Source of the DNA: Candidatus Dojkabacteria bacterium
GTDB taxonomy: Bacteria; Patescibacteriota; Dojkabacteria; J137
Direction: 5' to 3'
Assembly: GCA_030950485.1 (NCBI GenBank)
Contig: JAUZRK010000025.1
Location: 8,236 to 72,235 of the forward strand
Length of the DNA: 64,000 bases
Shown here: in pieces, positions 1 to 10,356 of the stretch
Layout of the letters: the number at the start of each line of letters is the position of its first letter
How positions within the stretch are numbered: position 1 is the first letter of the stretch
Position numbers and translations under genes: made by a program
Notes under the pieces: generated by a model
Seen by the model: only the letters and a program-made list of their open reading frames with translations
The model's database searches: none
What the model was told of the DNA's origin: nothing

Positions 1-28
1 AGCTTCTGTTGGTGAAACATTATTAGAG

Positions 29-388
29 ATGCCAGGTATTGAAGTTTTACTGGGTAATCCAGATTATGGTACTAAGTTAAGTTATGATTCAGAATATGAA
101 CCTCTTTTAGACGACAATGGTACTGCTGTTGTACGATTTGCAGATGTAGAAACTGGTATATACCATTATTTCTTATGTATAGATATAAATAGATTTTTTA
201 AGGAAATAGAAGACAGAGAGCCATATGAATTATTTTATGGGAATGGGCTTCAAGAATTAATAGATGATCTTGGTTACAATGAAGATGGTAGATTACCAGT
301 TAGAGCAAATCTAGCAAATGCAATTCACGAAGGTCCACGAGGTGAAGATAGAAATACAGACGAATCAAAGATAAAATCAATAGTGTAA
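29..388 (+). CDS. hypothetical protein (reading frame open back to window start; possibly 5' partial)
   Basis: 119-aa ORF; no stop in frame between position 2 and the ATG at 29; no recognisable motif. Confidence 0.4.
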   Translation: MPGIEVLLGNPDYGTKLSYDSEYEPLLDDNGTAVVRFADVETGIYHYFLCIDINRFFKEIEDREPYELFYGNGLQELIDDLGYNEDGRLPVRANLANAIHEGPRGEDRNTDESKIKSIV

Positions 389-475
389 TCTAAAACTAAA
401 ATTAGTAATTGAAATTTAAATAAACTCTACATTTACCGAACGAACTCAATTTACTAAATTCCTATACTACATATA

Positions 476-1324
476 ATGGATAATAATTACGAACAAGGTA
501 AATCTCTTGATGATTTCAAATCATCCATTGGTAGCATTGTTGTAAACGAAGCGGGGAATATTTCTAGAGATTTAAGACAAAATTTAGAAGAAATAGAAAT
601 TCATTCTGAAGATGATTTTCGAAATATTGAATTAACCATCTTAGAAGTTCTTAACAAAGTAGATTTAATTGTAAAAGATCATATAACTAAATATGCAGAT
701 AGCTTTGATGTTGATAAAACTGACAATCAATTCACTGAAATAGTTATAGACTCTCAGCTTAAAGCTAGATTATCTATTCTAGATTCAATACTAATTACGT
801 ACATAAAATGCGACTTAAATCATTTTGTAAATAAATATGATTTTGAAAGTTTAGATCTTGCAGTTTCACCTCATGAAACAAATTACAATAAATATGTTCT
901 TGGAGCGCGGATGGTATTAGAAGACTTCTTTTCTCAGTTTCATCTGAATTTAAATTACAAAGAAAAGTTTTTAGTTTCAACATTAATTCAGGCTAAGCTA
1001 ACTAGCCATGAATTATTAGGAGATCCAATAAATGGTAGTAATGATTTAGATCAGATTTTAAAAGCAATATTAACAAATCTTACTAGTCTTGCTATTGCTT
1101 ATACTGAAAATGTTGACTTTAGATATGTACTAAGACTTCTAAATCAAGATGCTACTTACAATGAAGAGCAGTTATTTCAGTTACTAATGAATAGAACACC
1201 AGTTTTAGATAATGGTAGTAGAGGTTTTAATTTAGATAAGTTTGATCAACTAAGAAGAGGAGAAAAAGTTACAATGACTTGCAGCTCAAAAGTTTCTGGT
1301 AATGGTTCATTTAGAATGATTTAG
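476..1324 (+). CDS. hypothetical protein
   Basis: 282-aa ORF, no recognised domain. Confidence 0.45.
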   Translation: MDNNYEQGKSLDDFKSSIGSIVVNEAGNISRDLRQNLEEIEIHSEDDFRNIELTILEVLNKVDLIVKDHITKYADSFDVDKTDNQFTEIVIDSQLKARLSILDSILITYIKCDLNHFVNKYDFESLDLAVSPHETNYNKYVLGARMVLEDFFSQFHLNLNYKEKFLVSTLIQAKLTSHELLGDPINGSNDLDQILKAILTNLTSLAIAYTENVDFRYVLRLLNQDATYNEEQLFQLLMNRTPVLDNGSRGFNLDKFDQLRRGEKVTMTCSSKVSGNGSFRMI

Positions 1325-1407
1325 ATATAATCTATAATAAAATCTTTCCTAGACTAAAGAATACATTCTAAGATTTAGTGTAAAATGTCATATCAATTGA
1401 TTCAAGT

Positions 1408-2025
1408 ATGGACTTAAATCTTGCCACAACTCCAATTGTCTTCGTCGACTTAGAAACAACAGGCAAATATCCAGATAAGGATAAAGTTATAGAGATAGGG
1501 ATTGTAAAAATTTTAAATTGGAAAGTAATAGAAAAATATTCAAAGATTGTAAATCCTGAGTTACAACTTTCTGATTTTACAACTTCATTTACTGGTATAA
1601 AACAAAGTGATGTAGATAATGCTCTAACTTTTAGTACCTTAATTCCAGAACTTAATAAGATTCTTTCTGACTCATTATTTATTACTTAAAATATAAACTT
1701 TGACTACGGTTTTATTACTAAGGAATTTGAAAGAGCTGGAGAAATATTTAGCTCACCTAAAGTAGATACTATAAAGATTACTAAATATTTTTATAAAAAC
1801 CTTTTAAACTATAAACTAGATACTCTATGTAGGCTAGCTGGAATAGAGATAGAAAGTAGACACAGAGCATATGACGATGCTTATGCGTTATTAGCGTTAT
1901 TAGAGTTATTAGAATTTTTACGAAGAGAAAAAGGTGAAGAAAAACTATTAAAAGCTATTGAGGAAAATATTATTATTCCTGAAAAAGTTAATAATCCTAT
2001 AGATGATCAACTTTCTCTACTTTAG
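1408..2025 (+). pseudogene. DnaQ-like DEDD 3'-5' exonuclease interrupted by in-frame TAA (1687-1689)
   Basis: Exo I motif FVDLETTG; same frame continues after TAA with NINFDYGFI (Exo II ..N..FD) and HRAYDDAYA (Exo III); the stop sits where the conserved H/Y of the (H/Y)NxxFD motif is expected. Confidence 0.75.
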
Positions 2026-2027
2026 CT

Positions 2028-3692
2028 CTACTCAAATAAATTTCTAGCAACCATTGTAGCCGGAATATCCAATCCTAATTTTGTTAAAAGCGTAGGTGCT
2101 ACATCAGCAAGCATTCCCATTTGCACCTCTCTAGCGCTATTTTTATCTTTCGTAATATAGATAATAGGGACAGGATTAACAGAGTGCTTGGTATCAACTC
2201 CTCCAGTTATAAGATTTATAAGCTCCTCTATATTTCCATGATCTGCAGTGATAATTGCTTCTCCCCCTGCATTTTGAATTTCTTTAACTGCTCTTTTTAA
2301 ACATTGATCTGCGACTTCTACAGCTTTGATGGAAGCTTGAAGGTTTCCTGTATGAGCAACCATATCAGTTAGTGCATAATTTACTAATATGAAATCATAT
2401 TTTTTACTTTTTATAGCTTTTACTAAATTATCTGTAATTTCATATGAACTCATTTCTGGCTTTTCATCATAAGTTTTAACTTCTCTTGGAGAAGGAACTT
2501 CTAACCTCTCCTCTCTTTCAAAGATATCTTTTTTTCTACAGTTAAAGAAATAAGTTACATGTGGATATTTTTCTGATTCTGCTAGTCTTAATTGTGATAA
2601 ACCTGCATCTGAAATTAATCTACCTAAGGAATCATCTACTGCTTGAGGAGGGGAAATTTGTTTTTCTGGAAATTGTAGCGTAGCTTTAAGTTCTTGATTA
2701 AAAAGTTCTTTTACCATTTCTGATTCACCACCCTTATCATCAACATCTTCTGTTGCTCTATTCATAACTATTCCTTTTTCATAGTTTGAAAAACCAGCAA
2801 AATATAGATTTTTAAATCTTGTTACCGGAAAACCATAAAAGTTTGGATCTTCAAATGCTTTACTTAATTGTACAGCCCTATCTCCTCTATAATTAAAAAA
2901 TATTAATGCATCCCCTTCTTTTACAGTAGCAGTTGGCATATCTTTTGAAGTGACTACATATGGCTCCAGATACTCATCCCAAACATTTTCTGAATATGAC
3001 ATTTCCACAGCTTTTCTCCAGTTATCTACCATTGTTCCTTTACCACTAACCAATAGATCATATGCAAGTTTGGTCCTATCCCATCTATCATCTCTATCCA
3101 TTGCATAGTATCTTCCGATAACGGATGCAATCTTACCAACACCTATCATTTTTGTTTTTGATTCAATTGCTTCTAGAAAGTCAGCAGCTTTCTGAGGTGC
3201 TGTATCTCTACCATCTGTAAAAGCATGTATAAATACCTTATCTCCTTTTATTTTCTCTCTCTTACAAAACTCTAAACATGCATAAAGATGTTGTATAGAA
3301 GAATGAACTCTACCATCACTAGCAACTCCCATAAAATGAATATCACCTTTATTTTGTCTTGCATGATCTATCGCCTCTAAAAAAATTTCATTCTTATAAA
3401 AAGCACCATCATCTATCTCCTTATCTATTTTTGCTATTTCTTGATATATTATTCTTCCAGCTCCTAGACTCATATGTCCGACTTCACTATTACCTGTTAC
3501 GCCCTTAGGTAGACCTACATAGTTACCTGATGCTTCTAGATATGTGTGTGGAAACTCTGGCCATAGGGAATCTAGGTAGCTTGTATTTGCTAAAGTCACT
3601 GCATTACCTTTATTAGGATCTGCAACTCCAAGCCCATCTAAGATAATTAATACTAAAGGTTTTGGTATATCACTTCGATTTATTGTCTGCAT
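2028..3692 (-). CDS. gpmI: 2,3-bisphosphoglycerate-independent phosphoglycerate mutase
   Basis: 554 aa; LVLIILDGLG, SEVGHMSLGAGR, TADHGN motifs typical of iPGM. Confidence 0.9.
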   Translation of the reverse strand: MQTINRSDIPKPLVLIILDGLGVADPNKGNAVTLANTSYLDSLWPEFPHTYLEASGNYVGLPKGVTGNSEVGHMSLGAGRIIYQEIAKIDKEIDDGAFYKNEIFLEAIDHARQNKGDIHFMGVASDGRVHSSIQHLYACLEFCKREKIKGDKVFIHAFTDGRDTAPQKAADFLEAIESKTKMIGVGKIASVIGRYYAMDRDDRWDRTKLAYDLLVSGKGTMVDNWRKAVEMSYSENVWDEYLEPYVVTSKDMPTATVKEGDALIFFNYRGDRAVQLSKAFEDPNFYGFPVTRFKNLYFAGFSNYEKGIVMNRATEDVDDKGGESEMVKELFNQELKATLQFPEKQISPPQAVDDSLGRLISDAGLSQLRLAESEKYPHVTYFFNCRKKDIFEREERLEVPSPREVKTYDEKPEMSSYEITDNLVKAIKSKKYDFILVNYALTDMVAHTGNLQASIKAVEVADQCLKRAVKEIQNAGGEAIITADHGNIEELINLITGGVDTKHSVNPVPIIYITKDKNSAREVQMGMLADVAPTLLTKLGLDIPATMVARNLFE

Positions 3693-3730
3693 AAAAAAGT
3701 ATACAGTTTTGGGATATAAGACACAAGAAG

Positions 3731-3766
3731 TAAGAAAAACCCCAGAGCATTATTTTATGCTCTGGC
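3731..3766 (-). terminator. Rho-independent terminator for the BI-1 family gene
   Basis: 9-bp stem CCAGAGCAT/ATGCTCTGG with 6-nt loop, followed on the minus strand by GGTTTTTCTT. Confidence 0.55.
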
Positions 3767-3794
3767 GTTTGAATTGGTTTGTTTGAAATTCAAT

Positions 3795-4499
3795 CTATTT
3801 TCTTTTCCCAAAAATTCTAAGTAATAGAATGAATAGGTTAATGAAATCTAAGTACAAAGAAAGAGCTCCTCTTATGGCTAGTTTTGAGACATCAATATTT
3901 CTAGATTCAGCTTCTTCTGCAATGTTTTTAAGCTTTTGAGTATCGTACGCTATTAAAGCTATAAAAACAGCAATTCCGATATAAGTTGTTACCCAATATA
4001 AACCTTCACTTTTAAGGAAAAGGTTAATTATAGATGCAATTATGACTCCAAATAGACCCATTATTGCAATACTTCCATATTTTGTAAGGTCTTGTTTTGT
4101 AATGTATCCATAAAGAGCCATTACTCCAAAAGTTAAGAATGTTGCTCCAAATGTTAGCGTTAGACTTTCAGCAGTATAAACTGAGAATACAGCACCAAAG
4201 AATATTCCATTTGAAATTGAATATAATCCAAATAATAAAGCTGAAACACCTACACTAAATTTTTCAGCTCCAGCTGATATTGCTATTACTAAACCAAGTT
4301 CTAAAAAGAATAAAATAGGAAGAACAGTTGCTATAGTATTTGCTAAATCTGCATTATTACTAAGCATGTTTCCTAAACCTAGAACCACTAGAAAAGTAAT
4401 TAGTAAACCTCCAGCCATCCATGCGTATACTTGTGAGATGAATACCGGAAAGTTAGAAAATTTACTTGTTGATTTTTCTATAACCTGAGAATTGTCCAT
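3795..4499 (-). CDS. Bax inhibitor-1/YccA family membrane protein
   Basis: 234 aa, 7 predicted TM helices, C-terminal ...SLYLDFINLFILLLRIFG typical of the BI-1/TMBIM family. Confidence 0.7.
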   Translation of the reverse strand: MDNSQVIEKSTSKFSNFPVFISQVYAWMAGGLLITFLVVLGLGNMLSNNADLANTIATVLPILFFLELGLVIAISAGAEKFSVGVSALLFGLYSISNGIFFGAVFSVYTAESLTLTFGATFLTFGVMALYGYITKQDLTKYGSIAIMGLFGVIIASIINLFLKSEGLYWVTTYIGIAVFIALIAYDTQKLKNIAEEAESRNIDVSKLAIRGALSLYLDFINLFILLLRIFGKRK

Positions 4500-4633
4500 A
4501 TTTTCTAATTAATATATAAATCTAAATTAATTATACTCCATTTTCTCATTCTATAAAGTATTTATTCTGGCTTTTAGTTGTGAAGATGAAGTCTTTTAGT
4601 TATCATTAATTGTTAATTTTTACAGAGAATATA

Positions 4634-6034
4634 ATGTTATCAGATAAAAAGAATAAAATAGTTTGTACAATTGGTCCATCAAGTTGGGTACCGGAAGTTA
4701 TGGAGAAAATGATTGATGCCGGTATGAACTGTGCAAGATATAACGGTGCGTTCGCGGACTGGGATTCATTAGAGAAGGTAACTAAGTTGGTACGAGACTT
4801 AGATAGTAAAGTTGCTTTAATGATAGATGTTAAAGGTCCTCAGATTAGAATGAATAATTTTGCTGAGGCAGTTGAAGTTAAAATCGGAGACGAATTTGTT
4901 ATTGGTTCTAAAGCTGAACATGGTGTTTTTACAGAGACTTACCCTGATTTATATAAATACCTTAAGCCAGGGCAGAAACTTCTATTAGGTGATGGTGACA
5001 CTGAGCTTGAAATTGTTGAAATAAAAGACAGTAAAATGTTTACTAAAGTTACTTTTGGAACTAAAGTAAAACCAGGTAAAGGAATAACAGCTCCTGGAGC
5101 TGAGTATCCTACTGTAGTATTAACTGAGAAAGATAAAGAAAATATCGAGAATTGTAAAAAATTAGGTTGGGATTTTGTTTCAGCTTCTTTTATAAGAAAT
5201 GCTAAGGATGCCCTAGAAGTGAAAGAAGTTATAGATGGCGAAATGCAATTAATTGCAAAGATTGAGAATGAAGAAGGAGTTGAGAATATAAAGGAAATTG
5301 TTGATGAAGTTGACGGAATTATGATTGGTAGAGGTGATCTTGGTTTACAACTAGGTTTGGAGAGAGTTCCAATGGTTCAAAGAATTGCTGTTGCAGCTTG
5401 TAACGAAATGAGTAAGCCAGTAATTACAGCAACTCAAATGCTAGAGTCTATGATCGAGGCTCCTAAACCAACAAGAGGTGAAGCTAATGACGTTGCTACA
5501 GCAATTTTAATGGGTACAGACTGTACTATGTTGTCAGCAGAAACTACTACAGGAAAATATCCTGTTGAAGCAGTTAGTTTTATGACTAAAATTTCTTACG
5601 AAATTGAAAAGTACAATATGCCTCAGATTATTGACAGTGATTCAAATCATTCAGTAGTAGCTGAAGCATTAACTAAAGCTGGTGCGGAATTATGTATAAA
5701 TTTAGGTGATGAAATAAAAGCTATCATTTGTGTTACTTCAACTGGAAATATGGCTAGATTACTTAGTAGACATTCACTAGATCAGAATATGTATGCTTTT
5801 GTTGAAAATGAAAAAGTTATGAGACAGTTAGCTCTTACTAAAGGAGTTAATGAAGCATTCTTATTTGAAGGACTAGGAGATAAAAGCTCAGATAGAGATG
5901 TCAGTGTTGAAGTTGTAAGAGAAAAAGTAAAAGAATTAGGACTAGCAAAAGAAGGAGAGAAAATTTTCTTAATTTCTAAATCACATGAAGGATCTACATT
6001 CTTTACAGGTGTATTTGAAGTTGTAACTATATAA
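4634..6034 (+). CDS. pyk: pyruvate kinase
   Basis: KIVCTIGPSS N-terminus, MIDVKGPQIR, MIGRGDLG motifs; ORF opens at 4610 but conserved N-terminus starts at ATG 4634. Confidence 0.9.
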   Translation: MLSDKKNKIVCTIGPSSWVPEVMEKMIDAGMNCARYNGAFADWDSLEKVTKLVRDLDSKVALMIDVKGPQIRMNNFAEAVEVKIGDEFVIGSKAEHGVFTETYPDLYKYLKPGQKLLLGDGDTELEIVEIKDSKMFTKVTFGTKVKPGKGITAPGAEYPTVVLTEKDKENIENCKKLGWDFVSASFIRNAKDALEVKEVIDGEMQLIAKIENEEGVENIKEIVDEVDGIMIGRGDLGLQLGLERVPMVQRIAVAACNEMSKPVITATQMLESMIEAPKPTRGEANDVATAILMGTDCTMLSAETTTGKYPVEAVSFMTKISYEIEKYNMPQIIDSDSNHSVVAEALTKAGAELCINLGDEIKAIICVTSTGNMARLLSRHSLDQNMYAFVENEKVMRQLALTKGVNEAFLFEGLGDKSSDRDVSVEVVREKVKELGLAKEGEKIFLISKSHEGSTFFTGVFEVVTI

Positions 6035-6048
6035 ACTTTTTTGATTTC

Positions 6049-6080
6049 AAAAAGAGACAGGTTATAACCTGTCTCTTTTT
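6049..6080. terminator. bidirectional Rho-independent terminator between pyk and convergent LysR remnant
   Basis: AAAAAGAGACAGGT-TATA-ACCTGTCTCTTTTT perfect 10-bp stem flanked by A-run and T-run. Confidence 0.7.
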
Positions 6081-6086
6081 CTTTAT

Positions 6087-6937
6087 TCATCGAATTGATT
6101 CTTTAAGTTCTGTAATAAACTTTTCTACTTTTTTAGGTATATAGGCTCCATGTCTTTTTACTAAGACCATTTCTCTAGTAATACTAATATCAACTACTTT
6201 AATTTGATCGCTATCAAATTCTCTTACTGTTTCAATTGGCAGTACACTAAAAGCAATATTTTTTTCGAGTAATTTTAAGGTCACATAGGGGGATGATGAA
6301 TTAATTACTCTTTTTCTAATTTTGAATTTATATGCTTGAAACTATTAGATGAGTAATTGTAAGTAATTGCTAAGTGGTCTTCTAGATCGATAAGATTTTT
6401 ATATTTAATTTTCTTATTAAGAACAAGGCAAAGTTTTTCTTCAATGAACTTTTCTATATGAAAGTTTTTTTCTAAAGCTGAGTAATCAAACGGTTTTGTA
6501 GTAATTGCAGCATCAATTAAGTTTGAACTTATCATTTGTAATAAGTTCGTAGTTGTATCAACATGTATAATTAGATCACTTTCTTTATTAGATAGTTCAT
6601 TTAAGTTGAATAACTGACAGTTTGCTGCAAAGTTTGCAATACTATCAATTAGCCCGATTCTAAAGCTAGACTTTAAGTTGGCTGAGATATCGCTAACTTC
6701 ATTCAACAAATTTTGATAATTAGATTCTACCTTTTTAAATTTATCGTAAATTAATTTACCAGCCTCTGTAAGCTCGAACTTTGTTCTCTTTTTGATTATC
6801 AGTTTTAATCCAAGATATTTTTCTAAGTCATTAATAGACATAGAAATAGCTGGCTGTGATATATGTAGTTTCTTAGCAGCTTTAGTATAAGATTTTTCTT
6901 CTACTACTTTTAAATATTTCTATAAATTATCAAACAT
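6087..6937 (-). pseudogene. LysR-family transcriptional regulator, disrupted (in-frame TAG at codon 6 plus break separating C-terminal 65 aa)
   Basis: Minus-strand translation from ATG 6937 gives MFDNL*KYLKVVEEKSYTKAAKKLHISQPAIS (LysR HTH) with TAG at 6920-6922 where conserved Leu is expected; substrate-binding domain in ORF 6305-6841; C-terminal LysR tail in separate ORF 6087-6284. Confidence 0.75.
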
Positions 6938-7030
6938 AAGTAAAGGTTATTTATATATAAATACTATTTAATTTACTTATGATCATAACATAGCAATAAT
7001 CGTTAGTAATTAAATTCTTATATTTAAATA

Positions 7031-7954
7031 ATGAGTAATGACAAAATAAAAATTGCAATTGTCGGTTTAGGCAACTGTGCTTCATCATTAATCCAAGGTA
7101 TTGAATACTATAAAGATGCTAAGGATGATGAATTTATTCCAGGATTAATGCATACAAACTTTGGAGGATATCATATAAAAGATATTGAAGTTGTTTCAGC
7201 ATTTGATGTAAATTCTAATAAAGTAGGTAAAGATATCTCTGAAGCGATTTACGCTGAGCCAAACTGCACTACTATTTTTTCTCAAGTTCCAAAAAAAGGA
7301 GTTAAAGTTTCTATGGGACATAGACTTGATGGTGTTAATAAATATACTGAAGATGTAGTTCCAGTTTCTGACATGCCTGAAGTAGATGTGGTTAAAGTTC
7401 TTAAAGATTCAGGTGCTGAAATTTTAGTAAATTATCTTCCAGTTGGAAGTGAGATAGCAGCCAGATTTTATGCTCAAGCAGCAATTGATGCTGGTTGTGG
7501 TATGGTTAACTGTATTCCTGTATTTTTAGCTTCAACTAAAGAATGGTCAGATAAATTCGAAAAGGCTGGTTTACCAATTATCGGAGATGATATTAAATCA
7601 CAGGTTGGAGCCACTATTGTTCATAGAACTCTTACAAATCTGTACCTAGATAGAGGAATGAAGATACTTAAAACGTATCAACTAAATACTGGAGGTAATA
7701 CAGATTTCATGAACATGCTTGAAAGAGAACGACTTGAAAGTAAGAAGATTTCTAAGACTGAAGCAGTAACTTCAATTATCGAAGGACATAGAGATACTAT
7801 AGATCCAGAGAATGTTCATGTAGGGCCATCTGATTTTGTACCTTGGCAGAAAGACAATAAACTATGTTTCATTAGAATAGAAAGTAAACATTTCGGAGAT
7901 GTACCAACTTATATGGATGTTACTAAAAAAGTACTAGGTTTTTGTGTACTATGA
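7031..7954 (+). CDS. ino1: myo-inositol-1-phosphate synthase (bacterial/archaeal type), apparently C-terminally truncated by about 55 aa
   Basis: [50 protein letters not shown] match Ino1 closely; ORF ends about 20 aa after FGDVP whereas homologues continue about 75 aa; no continuation in other frames. Confidence 0.8.
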   Translation: MSNDKIKIAIVGLGNCASSLIQGIEYYKDAKDDEFIPGLMHTNFGGYHIKDIEVVSAFDVNSNKVGKDISEAIYAEPNCTTIFSQVPKKGVKVSMGHRLDGVNKYTEDVVPVSDMPEVDVVKVLKDSGAEILVNYLPVGSEIAARFYAQAAIDAGCGMVNCIPVFLASTKEWSDKFEKAGLPIIGDDIKSQVGATIVHRTLTNLYLDRGMKILKTYQLNTGGNTDFMNMLERERLESKKISKTEAVTSIIEGHRDTIDPENVHVGPSDFVPWQKDNKLCFIRIESKHFGDVPTYMDVTKKVLGFCVL

Positions 7955-8316
7955 ACTACTGCTCCCTGTGTTGCTGCAATAAGCTCTAATGGCGTACATG
8001 TAAAACTATCTCCATTTATTCCATTAGGTGTATAGTAGGTTATCTTTCTAGCCTTATCCATTGGAACAATACCAGGCTCTCCTTCTCCTTCCAAAAGAAG
8101 ATCAGTGAAAATCTCAGATATTGTATCGCTATTGTAGGTACCTTGCGTTGCTGAACTTAGTTGTCCCTCTTTTTCTGTTACTTCTACTAAACTGTACTTC
8201 TCAACTAATGCATCATGAAATGAGGTAACCATACTTTGTAAAGTATTTCCTAACTGAGCTCCGTTTTGTTGTTCTAAATTAGTCTCTGTCTCTAATGCTC
8301 GTGATACTGGTGCCAT
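7909..8316 (-). CDS. hypothetical protein (convergent, overlaps 3' end of ino1 by 46 nt; may be spurious)
   Basis: 135-aa ORF, no recognised motif. Confidence 0.3.
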   Translation of the reverse strand: MAPVSRALETETNLEQQNGAQLGNTLQSMVTSFHDALVEKYSLVEVTEKEGQLSSATQGTYNSDTISEIFTDLLLEGEGEPGIVPMDKARKITYYTPNGINGDSFTCTPLELIAATQGAVVHSTQKPSTFLVTSI

Positions 8317-8435
8317 ATATTATTACTTAAAAAAAGATATAGCAATTATATCTACCAATACTTGGTAACAGAAATTCTTACATTAAAATTACATATCCCT
8401 AAATTTAGATTTAAATTTCTAGTATAATTCACTTA

Positions 8436-9539
8436 ATGAAAAAAATAATAGTTTTATTCTCTATATTAATACTAGGCGCTATTTCTTTAACACCTGCTTA
8501 TGCTCAGGATTCTAATATTCCTGGCGTTGCGGCAACAATCAAAGAGGTGAATGAATTTGAAGATAATGGAATTAGCTACTATAGAATTACACTCGAACTT
8601 GAAGGAGAGGATGTAATAAGTATAATCCCAAAAGATAGTTTGATATATACGCTAGATTATAAAGAAGGAGATAAGGTTAAGGTCAATGAAAGAACTATGG
8701 ATGGTGAAACTATCTACGATATAACTGATTTTAGAAGAACAGACTCGATTTTAATCTTATTTATACTTTTTATACTTATTACAGTATTAATAGGAAAATT
8801 AAAAGGTGGCCTATCATTATTTGGCCTTGGTATTTCTTTTGCAGTAATATTTTATTATATCTTGCCTGAAATATTAGATGGTAAAAACCCAGTGATAGTT
8901 GTAATCTTAGCCTCATTATTAATTATTCCAGTCAACTATTACATTGCACATGGATTTAATTACAAAAGTACTTACGCAGTTGTTAGTACATTAATCACAT
9001 TGATTATTACAGGATTTTTATCTACTTTCTTCGTCAGTTTTTCAAAGCTAAGTGGATTTGCTTCAGATGAAGCACGTGATCTAGTGAATCAAACATTTGG
9101 TGGAGTAAATATACAAAATATTTTACTAGCAAGTATAATAATTGGTCTCCTTGGAATTCTGGATGACATTACTATTTCACAAGCAAGTATAGCTGAACAA
9201 TTAAAGCTTACTAATAAGAAGATTGAATTTAAAGAATTATATTTTAGAACTCTTGAAGTTGGTAAAGACCATATAGCCTCTTTAGTAAATACTCTGATTT
9301 TAGTCTATACAAGTGCATCTCTACCACTTTTACTATTGGTATACAAAAACTATGATGGATTTATAAATACTATTAATGATGAGATGTTAGCAGAAGAAAT
9401 AGTTCAAATGTTGTTAGCAAGTATAAGTCTAATTCTTGCAGTTCCAATTAGCACTTTTATATCATGCTATTTTATAGATAGAAAAGATTGGTATAGCAAA
9501 AATAAAAATTTGGATAATGAGCATTTTCATTCTCATTAA
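8436..9539 (+). CDS. YibE/F-like multi-pass membrane protein with N-terminal signal peptide
   Basis: 367 aa; signal peptide ...AYAQD, soluble N-domain then 6-7 TM helices; overall architecture resembles YibE/F family. Confidence 0.5.
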   Translation: MKKIIVLFSILILGAISLTPAYAQDSNIPGVAATIKEVNEFEDNGISYYRITLELEGEDVISIIPKDSLIYTLDYKEGDKVKVNERTMDGETIYDITDFRRTDSILILFILFILITVLIGKLKGGLSLFGLGISFAVIFYYILPEILDGKNPVIVVILASLLIIPVNYYIAHGFNYKSTYAVVSTLITLIITGFLSTFFVSFSKLSGFASDEARDLVNQTFGGVNIQNILLASIIIGLLGILDDITISQASIAEQLKLTNKKIEFKELYFRTLEVGKDHIASLVNTLILVYTSASLPLLLLVYKNYDGFINTINDEMLAEEIVQMLLASISLILAVPISTFISCYFIDRKDWYSKNKNLDNEHFHSH

Positions 9540-9567
9540 TTTAAACAAATCAAGAAGTATTTTTTAA

Positions 9568-10356
9568 TTACTTTCTAAAAAGTTTTTTTTGTATTTCCTC
9601 CATAGCTTTTGTTCTTCTAAGACCGTTATCTTCTACTTTATTAAGATACCCCTCATATATTTGATTAATTCCATTTTCATCAGGATCTACCCATTCTTGA
9701 TCTTGAAGTGGCTTTTTCTGATCTTTTATAATAATTTCCCCAAATCTCATACCGTTATCCTTACCATAGTGTTCAGCTGAACAACCATACTCGATCTCTT
9801 TAGTTATTCCTTCTTCTCTTATTACCTTAGTAACAAGCAATACATGGTGAGAGTTTTTTCTTTTCCACTTAGATCTAACTAAATCACCTGGTAAGACATC
9901 TTTCAATGAAACTTTTTTAGAATTAGTTTTATTAGTAATTATCTCCGCACCTAGTTTTTCTACAGGTTTAAGAATATAAGCTATTTTATATAGAATGCCT
10001 TTTCCATATGGTTTGAATTTTCGCCATATATTACCTCCCTTTTCACTCTTATACCAAAAATTTAAAATATGCATTATAAAACCAGAACAATCTATTCCAA
10101 TACCTCTAGACATTAGAAATTCTCTTATTTCATTTTCAGTCATCTCATCAAGATTCATCTTTTTTGTTTTAGCAACAATCATAGCTTCCATTTCAATTTC
10201 CTCAGGAGTTCCTTTACCTACAAGAGCTCTTAAATCCTTAGATTTTTTTAAATTCATGTAGTATGGGCTTTTTACGTGAGTTTTTCCGATTTTTAGCTCA
10301 AAATAGTCATTTATCCTATTAGATATATTTTCAGGTAGTTTTAGTACTTCTTCCAT
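9568..10356 (-). CDS. NlpC/P60-family papain-like cysteine peptidase/amidase
   Basis: GIDCSGFIMHIL (catalytic Cys), PGDLVRS, HHVLLV (His) motifs; start ATG overlaps stop of upstream ATP-grasp gene (TGATG). Confidence 0.6.
   Translation of the reverse strand: MEEVLKLPENISNRINDYFELKIGKTHVKSPYYMNLKKSKDLRALVGKGTPEEIEMEAMIVAKTKKMNLDEMTENEIREFLMSRGIGIDCSGFIMHILNFWYKSEKGGNIWRKFKPYGKGILYKIAYILKPVEKLGAEIITNKTNSKKVSLKDVLPGDLVRSKWKRKNSHHVLLVTKVIREEGITKEIEYGCSAEHYGKDNGMRFGEIIIKDQKKPLQDQEWVDPDENGINQIYEGYLNKVEDNGLRRTKAMEEIQKKLFRK

Noticed and set aside
795-983. Short antisense or overlapping ORFs embedded in larger genes (795-983, 5782-6090, 9589-9780, 9995-10261, 11230-11421, 12638-13081, 14096-14290, 15573-15815, 17651-17860, 20453-20710, 51024-51212, 53535-53828, 55513-55947, 56233-56593, 59178-59408 and others)
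   Set aside because: They have low-complexity or junk-like composition, lie wholly inside well-supported genes on the opposite strand or in another frame, and show no motifs. They are typical of spurious ORFs in AT-rich DNA.
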